64,000 nt of DNA from Bugula neritina (lineage: Eukaryota; Animalia; Bryozoa): contig OZ037772.1 in NCBI GenBank assembly GCA_964035545.1, positions 10,724,818 through 10,788,817 of the forward strand, written 5' to 3'. Within the stretch, counting starts at the first letter, position 1. Every line of letters begins with the position of its first letter. Below, in pieces: positions 39,949-54,780 of this stretch. Below the pieces are notes generated by a model. That model ran no database searches and was not told the origin of the DNA. It worked only from the letters and a program-made list of their open reading frames with translations. Position numbers and translations under genes: made by a program.

Positions 39949-41923
39949 ATGTTTGTGTGTCCACCGTGTAAGTATACAACGTTATAAAAAACTTGCAAGC
40001 TAATTGTCAATATTTGAAACAAACACTGTAAAACATGTAGAGACAATGCAATGTGTTAGTAATTTGGTTTAAGTATAAATCTGTAATAAGTTTCTTTATC
40101 TATTATTTTGCAGTTGTTGACCACCAGAAGATTATTGAAACATCTAATCACTACAAACAAGAAACATATCAATATGCTGACTGGGAGACTTTTTATGATA
40201 GTTTAGACTCTGCAGAACAGTATAAACATCCAGTAAACTCAGACACTTCTACTTCTGCTCTCACTGCAAACACTCAACCTTTTATTAAAATGCCACCTGC
40301 TGCATTTGACACTTACCTACCAAATAGTACTGCAAGGGAGCTTTCGGATTGCTGGGAGAACATAACTGCAAATCAGAATTCCTCCTCTGTAAACTTAGTT
40401 ACTTCAACTTCCACAATCAATGCAAACAATCAAAGCTCTGTCAGCACAGAAGCTACAGTATATAACAGCTATCTACATCAAGATGAACCTGATGTTCCTC
40501 TCTCTGAAGTTATCTCTGAGGCTTTTACAGTTTTAGGACTGAATATTACATCAGATGTCAACTCAACTGGTGAGTCTTTCTGAATAGTTGTAAATTCAAT
40601 TTATTAATAACATTCAAAATAAATCTTCTAAAAGAATTGTTCATGAGAAGATAGAATTACCATAAGCTTGATTAGGTAATTGACATGTAATTATAAATAA
40701 TAATTGTAAAAATCAACTACATTAGATATGTAAATAAATACAATTACAACTACAATCAAACTTTCATACATCAGTTACCAATTACATTCAATTACTTGAA
40801 AAAAATGTAAATAATTACAACCAATTTAAATTACAAATTACAATTACTCCAACCCTGGTATGTACTCTCTATAAGTATTATCACGTATACTAGCATGCAC
40901 AAATTCAACAGTATTGGTAGCATAGAAACTCATGCAAATTTGCGTTTAAAAGTAATATATTCTTGTAAAAATCATAATGCTTAAATGAAATGTACTTCTA
41001 CAGCCACTTATATATACTTGCAACACTAACTCAAATAAAAGGTTTTCTTATTTCAAGAATATGTGTACATAGCCGTGCTATACAAGGAGCCTTATATTAG
41101 CCAACAGAATTGCAGTTAAATTATCATTTACTAGTTTATCAAAAGCCTATAATGTAATATACTATACTATATTACTATAGTTAGTACCAAAGTTTGATAT
41201 GAGCTAGAAGTAGCGTTGAAATGTTACAGATACTGTTTTACGTTTTGTTTTACAGATCAAACGCAAACGGATTTAAAGATAAGAAACTTTTGTGTCAGTC
41301 TAGTTGATACAATTTTCAAAATGGCAGAAGACTATAAGGTGTTTAGCAGGTTAAACAAAGATACAGAGCATAGTGCTTGTGATACACTGGGTACTGATAG
41401 AGCACCTTGTAGAGATGAACAGGATCAAAAAGATGTTCTGGTGAAAGATGTGAGAGCAAAATCTAATGCTAAACATGAAAAATTGCAGGCCGATATAAAC
41501 AACTTTCGATGTCTTTTATGTACTTACAAGACGAAACATAAAAGTAATCTTACCCAGCATGTTAGAATACACACAAAAGAAAAACCATTTGTCTGTGAAG
41601 TCTGTGGTCACGCTTTTACTCAGCGAAGTAATCTCACAGTGCACATAAGAAGACATACTGGAGAAAAACCTTTTCAGTGTGATCACTGTGACTATACAAC
41701 CAGATTTAAGAATAGTCTTACTCAGCACAAATGGAAACACACTGGGAATAAACCATTTTTCTGCTATGTTTGCAAAAAGACTTTTACTCAACAATGTAAC
41801 CTGACCATTCACATGAGAATACACACTGGAGAGAAACCATTCCACTGTAAACTATGTGACTACAAGGCTGCTCGGAAAGGGCATCTTGTTCGCCATGTAA
41901 AAAAACACAACAAAGAAACTTGA
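39949..41923 (+). CDS. U12: C2H2 zinc-finger protein, 5 fingers
   Basis: Exons 39949-39967, 40114-40569 and 41256-41923. The conserved upstream block is deleted at ~39885. Confidence 0.82.
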
Positions 41924-41941
41924 TTTGCTGCATGGGAATCT

Positions 41942-42375
41942 ATGCATGAAAACGTGAATTTACAGTATTTGTATTTGTATTTGATCAAAAACGAGGTGTA
42001 GTGAGTCCAGCCAAAACAAACTTCAACGAGAAGGAATTCGTACATAATACTTCTGAAGATAGATCTACAAAACAGGTTAGGCTCACTAAACACAGAAAAT
42101 GGCAGACCAAGATGAAACATTTTTGATGTCTTTTCTGTAGTAACAAAGCTAAATGCAAAAGTAATCTAACCAAGCATATGAGAGTACAAACAAAAGAAAT
42201 GCCATTTGCCTTCAAAATCTGTGGTCACGCTTTTACTCAGCAAGGTAATTTCACATTGCACACATGAGGAAACACACTGAAGAAAACAATTCTACTGTAT
42301 TAACTGTGTGGCTACAAGGCTGCTCAGAGAGTACGTCCTGTTTGTTGTGTGAAAAAACACAAACAAAAAACCTGA
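41942..42375 (+). pseudogene. Ghost ZF module after U12
   Basis: Stops and indels in a U1-like linker and fingers. Confidence 0.8.
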
Positions 42376-43391
42376 CTTGCTGGTGAAGTTAGAGAATGTG
42401 TGTTTACAAAGATGTGTTGTTAGGCAGTGAATTTCTCATTCCGAACTCGATGCAGAAGAACTAACATACTGTTATCTCTTTGTTAGACACAACACATTTG
42501 AGAATCTACAAGAAACTGCATCTGTCTGCAAAGGCTTTGTGGAACTGCATTAGAACATACAACTTACACATATTTGCAAAAATAGATGATATAAATTACA
42601 AAATTCAGATGTAGACACATTATAATTATCTATGTCTAATATCCAGTTAGACAAGAGACTTATTGCTTGTACCCTAACTTATTCAATAATATTATAAATG
42701 AATCTTTTTGCACTCCATGCCAGGTTTTAACTTTCAACTTTGAAGTCTATATGGTGTCTTAGCAAAATAATTATGTATCTGCAATATCCATTGGTTCGAA
42801 TTATGCTCTTTTTACCAATTAAAACGTTTTTTATCTATATTTATAGTGAGTCATAAACTTAAATCATTATTGTTTTAGTTGATTACATTTCTTAGTTATT
42901 ATTGATAGATTATTTTGATAGTTTCAATTCTGATATTGTCTCCAATTAAAACATCTTCATGCCAGAGTAACATCTACGTTACAACAGATTTAACTCATAC
43001 ATTAGTTTTTTAATTCTAATTAAAAAAAATCTTTGTGCATTAATATTCATTTCACCAAGTAATACATACGTCTTATATATATTCAATTAATAATGCAAAC
43101 AATGAATTTACACCATATGACACTATAGTATCCTGACTATACATGAACGATCATTGCTTTAGAGTTGGGTTTCTATAATTACAACAGCTTTAAATTGCAA
43201 GGTAGCTAAATGAATAGCAATAAAATGCTTTAGTAAACAGCTAACCTGTGATATTGTCAATGAAAGATTTAAAACATATTTTATCTTGTTAACTCTACAT
43301 CTTAATTTTATAGTCAATATTTAACTTTAAATTTAAATTGCAAGATATTATTTCTTCTTCTTCTCAGCTGTGTTAAGCTAGGTCATCCAAC

Positions 43392-45639
43392 ATGTTTGTG
43401 TGTCCACCGTGTAAGTATACAACATTATAAAAAACTTGCAAGCTAATTGTCAATATTTGAAACAAACATCGTAAAACATGTAGAGACAATGTGTTAGTAA
43501 TTTGGTTTAAGTATAAATATGTAATAAGTTTCTTTATCTATCATGTTACATTTGCTGACCAACAGAAGATTCTTCAAGCATCTAATCACTACAAACAGGA
43601 AACATATCACTTTGCTGACTGGGAGACTTTTTATGATAGTTTAGACTCTGCAGAACAATATAAACATCCAGTAAACTCAGACACTTCTACTTCTACTCTC
43701 ACTGCAGACACTCAACATTTTTTTAAAATGCCACCTGCTGTATCTGACACTTACCTACCAAATAGTACTGCGATAGAACTTTCTGATTGCTGGGAGAACA
43801 TAACTACAAATCAGAATTCCTCTACTGTAACCTTAGTTACTTCAACTTCCACAATCAATGCAAACAATCAAAGCTCTGTCAGCACAGAAGCTACAGTGTA
43901 TGACAACTATCTACATCGAGAAGAACCTAATGTTCCTCTGTCTGAAGTTATCTCTGAGGCTTTTACAGTTTTAGGACTGAATATTACATCAGATTTCAAC
44001 TCAACTGGTGAGTCTTTCTGAATAGTTGTAAATTCAATTTATTATTAACTTTCAAAATAAATCTTCTAAAAGAATTGTTCATGAGAAGATAGAATTACCA
44101 TGAGTTTGATTAGGTAATTGACACGTAATTATAAATAATAATTGTAAAAATCAACTACATTAGATATGTAAATAAATACAATTACAACTACAATCAAACT
44201 TTCATACATCAGTTACCAATTACATTCAATTACTTGAAAAAAATGTAAATAATTACAACCAATTTAAATTACAAATAACAATTACTCCAACCCTGATATG
44301 TACTCTCTATAAGTATTATCTTGTATACTAACATGCACAAATTCAACAGTATTAGTAGCATAGAAACTCATGCAAATTTGCTTTTAAAATTAAGTAATAC
44401 ATTTTTGTAAAAATCATAATGCTTAAATGAAATGTACTTTTACAACCACTTGTATATACTTGCGTAACTAGCCTAAATCAAATTTTTTCTTATTTTGGAA
44501 ATATGTCTACATAGCTGTACCATACTTAAGGAGTTTTGCATTAGCCAACAAAATTGTAAAATTATCATTTACTATCATCTATCGAAAGCCTATAATGTAA
44601 TGCAACATAATATCACTTGTACCAAAGTTTGATTAGCCAGAAGTGATGTTAAAATGTTAGAGATACTGTTTTATGTTTTTGTTTTGCAGATCAAACTCAA
44701 ACGGATTTGAAGATAAGAAACTTTTGTGTCAGTCTAGTTGATACAATTTTCAAAATGGCAGATGACTATAAGGTGTTTAGCAGGTTATACAAAGATACAG
44801 AACATAGTGCTTGTGATACACTGGATACTGATAGAGCACCTTGTAGAGATGAACAGGATCAAAAAGATGCTCCGGTGAAAGATGTGAGAACATGGTCTAA
44901 TGCTAAAACACCTGCGTGTGACACCTGGAAAAGCAAATTAACTGAAAAACCTTCTGAAAAGAAAACAGTTTCTTTTCGTGTTTTAAATAATTCATTTGCT
45001 CAAAATTATTGCACAACTTCAAATATGAACCAACGCATTGGAAAGAAGCCCTTTGAATGTGATGTCTGTAAGAAGAAATTTATTTGCAAAAAATCTTTAA
45101 AATCACACAAGAGAAAACACACTATCGATAAACCATTTGATTGTGAAGTCTGTGGTGAAACCTTTACAAAGAAATCTCATCTTACTAAACACAGAAGAAC
45201 TTACACAGGAGAGAAGCCATTTGTCTGTGAAGTTTGTGGTCATGCTTTCACTCAGAAACCTCATCTCACCAAACATTTAAAAACACATTCTGGAGAGAAG
45301 CCATTTGTTTGTGGAGTTTGTAATTATGCTTTTGCTTTGAAAGGTAATCTCACTAAACACATGAGAATCCACACTGGTGAGAAGCCATTTGTCTGCAAAG
45401 TCTGTGGTCACGCTTTTACTCGTCAAAGTACTCTCATAATACATGAGAGAAGACATACTGGAGAAAAACCTTTTCAGTGCACTCAATGTAACTATAAGTC
45501 AGTGCGGCAGGCTGACCTCACTCTGCACATGAGAATACACACTGGAGAGAAACCTTTTCAGTGTAAACTATGTGACTACAAAGCTGCTCAGAAAGGAAGT
45601 CTTGTTCAACATATGAAAAAACACAACAAAGAAACTTGA
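43392..45639 (+). CDS. U13: C2H2 zinc-finger protein, 7 fingers (one degenerate), exon-2 acceptor mutated
   Basis: Exons 43392-43410, (43552)-44007 and 44690-45639. The acceptor reads gttacaT|ttgctg instead of gttacaG, but the frames are otherwise open. Confidence 0.65.
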
Positions 45640-47270
45640 AATGCTGCATGGGGATATATGCCTGAAAACATGCATTTTCAGAAGCATGTTATTTTACGGT
45701 AAGTAGATTTTACATGTATGATGGTAGAAAAACTTCTTCACTTCTTTTTTGAGTTTGACACATATTATAGTAATTCACACTCTACAGGAAAGAACATGTA
45801 CGTGTATATAACCATTACATAGAAGCTCTATAGTGTTTTTTTCTTTCTATCAGAAGTTTGTATTGCTAACAATATTTGTAAAACTGCCTAATGAAAGTTG
45901 CTGAAACCAAACTTCATTCCACACAATATTATAATGGTGATATACAACATTAGGTGGAGATAATCTTTGTAAACCAACCTACCCATGAATTTATATAAAT
46001 CTATTTATAACTGTTTACTCTCTAGTTTTAGCCATTGAAAAGTTCTTCAGTATCATGACAAGTCACATGTAGCCTACAGATGATTGCTTCCAATTCCGCT
46101 CTTCTTTTTTGCCAAAATTTGGTGATTATAGTTTGAGAACCTAGTTCTATATGATGTTAATTTTTATTTAAATTGGAAAGATATAGCTTTAGTTGATTAA
46201 ATTATAATTGCATCATTTCTGCTATAAAATTCACCTGGTGGGAGCAGTTTTTTTTAAGTAAATTATAGCGTTCATTTATTCAAAAAATGTTATATCAGTT
46301 TTATTGCTTGTAATTTAAGTACTTTTGTTATAAAACTGAATAAATATTATTTTAACTAACTACATAAACAGCATGGCCTATTTTATATCAGCTAGCATGC
46401 TTCAATGAGAGCCCCATGTACACAAACAATATATGAAAGTGGGTTATTTAGTTCTCAGATTCCTACATTTTGTTTTCAAAATTGTTTCCATAATTATAAC
46501 AAGATACAATATTACTCTTAGCACGGAATTTAAACCATAAAACAAGTATATATGGAGAGGAACAACTGATTTAGAGTTATCTTTCTTTTCAGTTATCAAG
46601 CAGTGATTTTTTTACTCAGCACAAGCAGTTCAATAATTTTACTTAAAAAACTGCTAAATTAGTAAATATTGATTGCAAAGAATACATATTTTATATAAAC
46701 ATATCCTTATAAAAGTCAAGATGGTACATTACTTTGACGTTTCACTTTATTGAAACATCAGGCATAAAAACAAAGGACCTTTTTGTTGCAAAGTCAAGAA
46801 ATGAGACAAATTGGCATGCAGTACTGAACATCTTTTATAACAGTAGAAAACTTTTTGTTTAAAATTGTTCGTTTTAAATTATGTGATAATGCCCTCATCA
46901 CATTTTATATTTACTGAATATTATTTTCTTTTGCCAATGTTTTTTGTATATCTTTATAATAATTCTGTAAGTCAACTCTGATAAACACACATAACAAAAT
47001 ATTGTCCCACAGTCAATAGAACAATTTCTTGGCTTGACTTTAGTCAGAGATTACCATTGTTCATTCAGCTTTAAACTGCAAGGCAGCTAACTAGCTGTAT
47101 AGCAAAATGCTATAGTAAATGGCTAACCTTTAAGATTGTCAATAAAAGATTTATAGCATATTTTATCCTATGAAATATCTACTCTCATGTCATAGTCAAT
47201 ATTTATTTGTTTTAATTTTATTTACACTAATTTATATCCTTGTTTCTCAGCAATAGCTAAATCATCCAAC

Positions 47271-49551
47271 ATGTCTGTGTACCACCATGAATGTAAGTAT
47301 ATCATTCTGTAAAACTTGCAAACTGCATGTCAATATTTGCAACAGACAGCGTAAAGCATGTAGAGACAACTTCTTAGTAAGTTTACTTATGTATGTAAGT
47401 CTCTTCTTTATCATGTTTCAGTTGTTGACCAACAGGAGATTATTGAAGCATCTAATCACTACAAACAGGAAACATATCACTTTGCTGACTGGGAGACTTT
47501 TTATGATAGTTTAGACTCTGCAGAACAATATAAACATTCAGTAAACTCAGACACTTCTACTTCTACTCTCACTGCAGACACTCAACCTGTTATTAACATG
47601 CCACTTGCTGTATTTGACACTTACCTACCCAATGGTGCTGTCAGGGAACATTCTGATTGCTGGGAGAATGTAACTACAAATCAAAATTCCTCCACTGTAA
47701 ACCTAAATACTTCAACTTACACAATCAATGCAAGCAATCAAAGCTCTGTCAGCACAGAAGCTACAGTATATAACTACTATCTACATCGAGAAGAACCTGA
47801 TGTTCCTCTGTCTGAAGTTATCTCTGAAGCTTTTACAGTCTTAGGACTGAATATTACATCAGATGTCAACTCAACTGGTGAGTCTTTCTGAATAGTTGTA
47901 AATTCATTTTAATAACCTTCAAAATAAATCTTTTAAAAAGAATTGTTTCTGAGAATATAGAATTACCATAAGTTTGATTAGGTAATTGACATGTAGTTAT
48001 AACGTAATTGTAAAAATTAATTACATTGGATATGCAATTAATTACAATTACAACTACAATCACATTTGTATACATCAGTTACAAATTACAATCAATTACT
48101 TGAAAAAATGTAAATAATTACAACTAATTTCGATTACAAATTACAATTACCCCAACCCTGATATGTACTCTCTATAAACATTATCACTTATACTAGCATG
48201 CACAAATTCAGCAGTATTGTTTGCATAGAAACTCATGCAGTTTTGCATTTATAAGTAATACTTTTTGTGAAAATCATAATGCCTATATGAAATGTACTTT
48301 TAGAACCACTTCTATGTACATACATAACTAACTTAAATAAAATGTTTTCCTATTATGAAAATACGTCTACATAGCTGTACTATACAAAGAGTCTTGCAAT
48401 ATCAGTTTTGCAAAATTATTTTCTATACTAGTTTATCAAAAGCCTATAATATAATGCGTCATAACATAGTTTGTGCTGATAAATTTGATGAGCCAGAAGT
48501 GATGTTGAAATGTTACAGATACTGTTTTATGTTTTATTTTACAGATCTAACTCAAGCGGATTTAAAGATAAGAAACTTTTGTGTCAGTCTAGTTGATACA
48601 ATTTTCAAAATGGCAGATGACTATAAGGTGTTTAGCAGGTTATACAAAGATACAAAGCGTGGTGCTTGTGATACACTGGGTACCGATAGAGTACCTTGTA
48701 GAGATGAACAGGGTCAAAAAGATGTTCTGGTGAAAGATGTGAGAGCAAAGTCTAATGCTAAACACCAAAAATTGCAGGCAAGGATAAAATACTTTCAATG
48801 TCTTTTATGTACTTACAAGACTCAACATAAAAGTAGTCTTACCCAGCATTTGAGAGTACACACAAAAGAAAAACCATTTGTATGTAAAGTCTGTGGTCAT
48901 GCTTTTACTCAGCGAAGTAATCTCACTACACACATGAGAAGACATACTAGAGAGAAACCTTTTCAGTGTGATCAATGTGACTATAAGGCTGTACAGCAAG
49001 CTAGTCTTACAGCACACATGATGAAACATACTAGAGAAAAACCTTTTCAGTGTGATCAATGTGACTATAAGACCAGAGTTAAGAGTGCTATTATTAGGCA
49101 CAAAAGGAGACACACCGGGTGTAAACCATTTGAGTGTAATATTTGTAAAAAGGCTTTTAGTCAAAAACCCACCCTACTTTCACACATACGCACTCATACA
49201 GGAGAGAAACCATTTGAGTGCAATGTATGTGACTATAAAACTGGAAGAAAAAGTAATCTTATTCAGCACATGAAAAAACACACTGGAGAGAAACCATTTG
49301 AGTGCAATGTATGTGACTATAAAAGTGGAAGAAAAAGTAATCTTATTCAGCACATGAAAAAACACACCGGAGAAAAACCTTTTCATTGCACACATTGTGA
49401 ATACAAATCAGCACATAAAAGTGATATCACTGTGCACATGAGGAAACACACTGGGGAGAAACCATTCCACTGTAAACTATGTGACTACAAGGCTGCTCAG
49501 AAAGTACATCTTGTTCACCATATTGTAAAAAAACACAACAAAGAAACTTGA
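47271..49551 (+). CDS. U14: C2H2 zinc-finger protein, 9 fingers
   Basis: Exons 47271-47292, 47422-47877 and 48545-49551. Confidence 0.86.
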
Positions 49552-50942
49552 CTTGCTGCATAATTATGGGGATGTATGCATGAAAACATACATTTACAGA
49601 AGCATGTTATTTTACAGTAAGTAGATTTTACATGTGTGATATGGTAGAAAAACTTCTTCACTGCTATCTTTGAGTTTGACACATATTATAGTATTTCACA
49701 CTGTATAGGAAAGAATATGTAAGTGTATAACAATTACATCTTAGCTCCCTATAGATAGTGCTTTTTTCTTTCTGTCAGAAGTTTGTATTGCTAACATTAG
49801 CTGTCAAACTGCCTAATGGAAGTGCTAAAACCAACCTTTATTCCAGACAATATTATAGTAATCTACAAAATTAAGTTGAGATAATATTTGTAAACTAACC
49901 TATCCATGAATTTATATAAATCTATTTATAACTGTTGGCTCTCTGGTTTTAGCCATTGAAAAGTTCTTCAGTATCATGACGAGTCACATGTACAGATAAC
50001 TGCTTCCAATTCCGCTCTTTTTTTTTGACGAAATTGGGTGATTAGTTTGAGAACCTAGTTTTATATGATGTTAATTTTTATTTAAATTGGAAAGATATAG
50101 CTTTAGTTGATTAAATTATAATTGCATCATTTCTGCTATAAATTTCACCTGGTGGGAGCAGATTTTTTTAAGTAAATTATAGTGCTCATTCAATCAAAAA
50201 ATGTTATATCAGTTTTATTGCTTGTAATTTAAGTACTTTTGTTATAAAACATAATAAATTTTATTTTGAAAAACTACATAAACTGCGTGACCTATTCAAT
50301 ACCATAATTATAACAAGATACAATATTACTCTTAGCACCAAATTTAAACCATAAAACAAGTATATATGCAGAGAACTATATAGCAGATTTAGAGTTATCT
50401 CTCTTTTTATTATAATTTTCAGTTATTGAGCACAAGTTGAAATTTGAAATTTTGCTTCACGGAAACATTAGGCATAAAAACAAAGGACATATTTTTTGTT
50501 GCAAATTCAAAAAATGAGACAAGTTGGCAATACTGAGTATCTTTTATAACAGTAGAGAAATTTTTGCTTAGAAATGTTGTCATATTTTCACTGAGTATTG
50601 CTTTCTATTGCCAATGTTTTTTCGTATATCTTTATAATAGTTCTGTAAGCCAACTCTGATAAACATATAACAAAATGTTCTAATGCAGTCAATAGAAAGA
50701 ACTCCTGGCCTGATTTCAGTTAAAAATTACCATTGTTTAATCAGCTTTAAACTGCAAAGCAGCTAACTGAATAGCAAAATGCTGTAGTGAACAGCTAACC
50801 TATAATATTGTCAATAAAGGATTTATAGCATATTTTATCCTGAAAAATACCTACCCTAATGTCATAGTCAATATTTATTTATTTTAATTGTATTTACACT
50901 AATAATTATCATTGTTTCTCAGCAATATCTAGATCATCCAAC

Positions 50943-53142
50943 ATGTCTGTGTACAACCATGAATGTAAGTATATCATTCTGTAAAGCCTACAAACTATAT
51001 GTCAAGATTTGCAACAGAAAGTGTAAAGCATGTGGAGACAACTTCTTAGTAAGTTTACTTATGTATTTTATAAATATCTTTGTTACCATGTTACAGTTGC
51101 TGACCACCAGGAGATTCTTCAAACATCTAATCACTACCAACAGGAAACATCTCACTATGCTGACTGGGAGACTTTTTATGATAGTTTAGACTCTGCAGAA
51201 CAATATAAACATCCAGTAAACTCAGACACTTCTTCTTCTACTCTCACTGCAAACACTCAACCTGTTCTTAAGTTGCCACCTGCTGTATCTGACACTTACC
51301 TACCAAATGGTACTGTCAGGGAAAATTATAATTGCTGGGAGAACATAACTACAAATCATAATTCTTCCTCTGTAACCTTAGTTCCTTCAACTTCCATAAT
51401 CAATGCAAGCAATCAAAACTCTGTCAGCACAGAAGCTACAGTATATAACAACTATCTACATCAAGATGAACCTGATGTTCCTCTGTCTGAAGTTATCTCT
51501 GAGGCTTTTGCAGTTTTAGGACTAAATATTTCATCAGATGTCAACTCAAGTGGTGAGTTTTTATGAATAGTTGTAAATTCATTTTAGTGACATTCAAAAT
51601 AAATCTTCTAAAAAAAATTGTTCATCAAAGATGAGAAGATACAATCACACTTTCATATATCAGTTACAAATTACATTCAATTACTTGAAAAAATGTAAAT
51701 AATTAAAAACAATTAAAATTACAAATTACAATTACTCCAACCCTGATATGTACTCTCTATAAATACTATCACTTATACTGGTGTACATAACTTCAACAGT
51801 ATTGGTAGCATATTAGAAACTCGTACAAGTTAGCATTTATAAGTAATATATTTTTAAAAGAAAATTAAATGAAATGTACTTTTATAACCACTTGCATATA
51901 CCTGCGTAACTTGCCTAAATCAAACTTTTTCCTATTCCGAGAATATGTCTTCATTATAGCTGTACTATATACAAAGAGTCTTGTATTAGCCAACAGAATT
52001 GCAGTAAAATTATCATTTACTAGTTCATCGAAAGCCTATAACGTAACACAAAATACTATAGGTTGCACTGATAAAATTGATATGAACTAGAAGTGATGCT
52101 GAAATGTTACAGATACTGTTTTACGTTTTGTTTTACAGATCAAACTCAAGCGGATTTAAAGATAAGAAACTTTGGTGTCAGTCTAGTTGATACAATTTTC
52201 AAAATGGCAGATGACTCTAAGGTGTTTAGCAGGTTATACAAAGATACAGAGCATAGTGCTTGTGATACACTGGGTACTGATAGAGCACCTTGTAGAGATG
52301 AACAGGATCAAAAAGATCCTCTGGTGAAAGATGTGAGAGCAAAATCTGATCCTAAACATAAAAAAATGCAGGCAAAGATAAAAGACTTTCAATGTCTTTT
52401 ATGTGCTTACAAGACTCAACATAAAAGTAATCTTACCCGGCATGTGAGAGTACACACAAAAGAAAAACCATTTGTCTGTGAAGTCTGTGGTCACGCTTTT
52501 ACTCAGCGAAGTAATCTCAAAGCACACATGAGAAGACATACAGGAGAAAAACCTTTTCAGTGTGATCACTGTGACTACAAGTCAGCAGAGCAAAGTAACT
52601 TCATAAAGCACATGAGAACGCACACTGGAGAAAGACCTTTTCAGTGTGATCAATGTGGCTATAAGGCTGTACAGCAAGCTAGTCTTACAGCACACATGAG
52701 AAGACACACTGGAGAGAAACCTTTTCAGTGTGATCAATGTGACTATAAAACCAGAGTTAAGAGTGCTATTATTGTGCACAAAAGAAGACACACTGGATGT
52801 AAACCATTTGAGTGTAATGTTTGTAAAAAGTCTTTCAGTCATAAACTCACTCTACTTTCACACATACGCACTCATACAGGTGAGAAACCATTTGAGTGCA
52901 ATGTATGTGACTATAAAACTGGAAGAAAAAGTAATCTTATTCAGCACATGAAAAAACACACCAGAGAAAAACCTTTTTATTGCACACATTGTGAATACAA
53001 ATCAGCACATAAAAATGATATCAATAGTCACATGAGAATACACACTGGAGAGAAACCATTTCACTGTAAACTATGTGACTACAAGGCTACTCAGAAAGTA
53101 CATCTTGTTTATCATATAAAAAAACACAACAAAGAAACTTGA
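50943..53142 (+). CDS. U15: C2H2 zinc-finger protein, 9 fingers
   Basis: Exons 50943-50964, 51097-51552 and 52139-53142. Nearly identical to U4 from late exon 2 onward. Confidence 0.86.
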
Positions 53143-54780
53143 CTTCCTGCATGGGGATGTATGCATGAAAACGTGCATTTACAGAAGCATGTTATTTTAC
53201 AGTAAGTAGATTTTACATGTATGATGGTAGAAAAACCTCTTCACTGCTATCTTTGAGTTTGACACATATTATAGTATTTCACACTCTACAGGAAGAAACA
53301 TATACGTGTATAACCATTACATAGAAGCCCTCTATAGTGTTCTTTTCTTTCTATCAGAAGTTTGTATTGCTCACAATATTTGTAAAACCGCCTAATAAAA
53401 GTTGCTAAAACCAAACTTCATTCCACATAATATTATAATAGTGATATACAACATTAAGTTGAGATAATTTTTGTAAACTAACCTATCCATGAATTTATAT
53501 AAATCTATTTACAACTGTTGGTTCTCTGCTTTTAGCCAGTGAAAAATCGCTCAGTGTCATGACAAGCCATGTGTGTACAGATGACTGATTAGAATTCTGT
53601 TAGTTTTGCCAAAATTGGGTATTAGTTTGAAAACCTAATTTTATATGCTGTTAATTTTTCATTAAATTGGAAAGATGTAGCTTTAGTTGATTAAATTATA
53701 ACTGCATCATTTCTGCTATAAAATTCACCTGGTGGGAGCAGTTTTTTTAAGTAAATTATTATAATGCTCATTCAACCAGATAATGTTATATCAGTTTTAT
53801 TGCTTGTAATTTAGGTACTTTTGGTATGAAACATAATACATTTTATTTTGAAAAACTACATAAACTGCGTGACATATTATATACCAGCTTGTTTCAATAT
53901 GCTCCCCTCCCCCAGTATACAATCAATATATGAAAGTATATAGGTTAATTATTCTTGAATTCCTGCATTTTCTTTTTGAAATTGTTTCCAAAATTATAAC
54001 AAGATACAATATTACTCTTACCACAAAATTTAAACCATAAAACAAGTATACATGCAAAGAAACAACTGATCTAGAGTTATCTTTTTTTATTATGATTTTC
54101 AGTTATCAAGCAGTAATTTTTTTTTACTCAGCACAAGTAGTTCGATAATTTTACTTAGAAAACTGCTAAATTAGTAAATATAGCAATTGCAAAGAATACA
54201 TATTTTATATAAACATATCCTTATAAAAGTCAAAATGGTACATTACTTTGACGTTTCACTTCATTGAAACACTAAGCATAAAAACAAAGGACCTTTTTGT
54301 TACAAAGTCAAACAATGAGACAAATTGGCAATACTGAACATCTTTTATAACAGTAGAAAACTTTTTGTTTAAAATTGTTTGTTTTAAATCATGTGATAAT
54401 GTCCTCATCACATTTTATATTTACTGAAGATTGCTTTCTTTTGCCAATAATTTTTGTATATCTTTATAATAATTCTGTAAGTCAACTCTGATAAACATAT
54501 AACAAAATGTTCTACTGCAGTCGATAGAAAACACTCTTGGCTTGATTTTAGTCAGAGATTCACACTATTGTTCAATCAGCTTTAAACTGCAAAGCAGCTA
54601 ACTGTATAGCAATAAAATGCTTGAGTGAACAGCTAACCTATGATATGGTCAATGAAGGATTTATAGCATATTTTATCTTGTAAACTATATATCCTAATGT
54701 CATAGTCAAGATTTAATTCTTTTAACATTATTTACAATAATTTATATCATTGTTTCTCAGCAATATCTAGATCATCCAAC

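Noticed and set aside
1002-52842. Many minus-strand ORFs over finger exons (e.g. 7419..7727, 35306..35737) and the alternate-frame [10 protein letters not shown] ORFs
   Set aside because: Expected shadow frames of repetitive C2H2 codons. They recur only because the DNA is duplicated.
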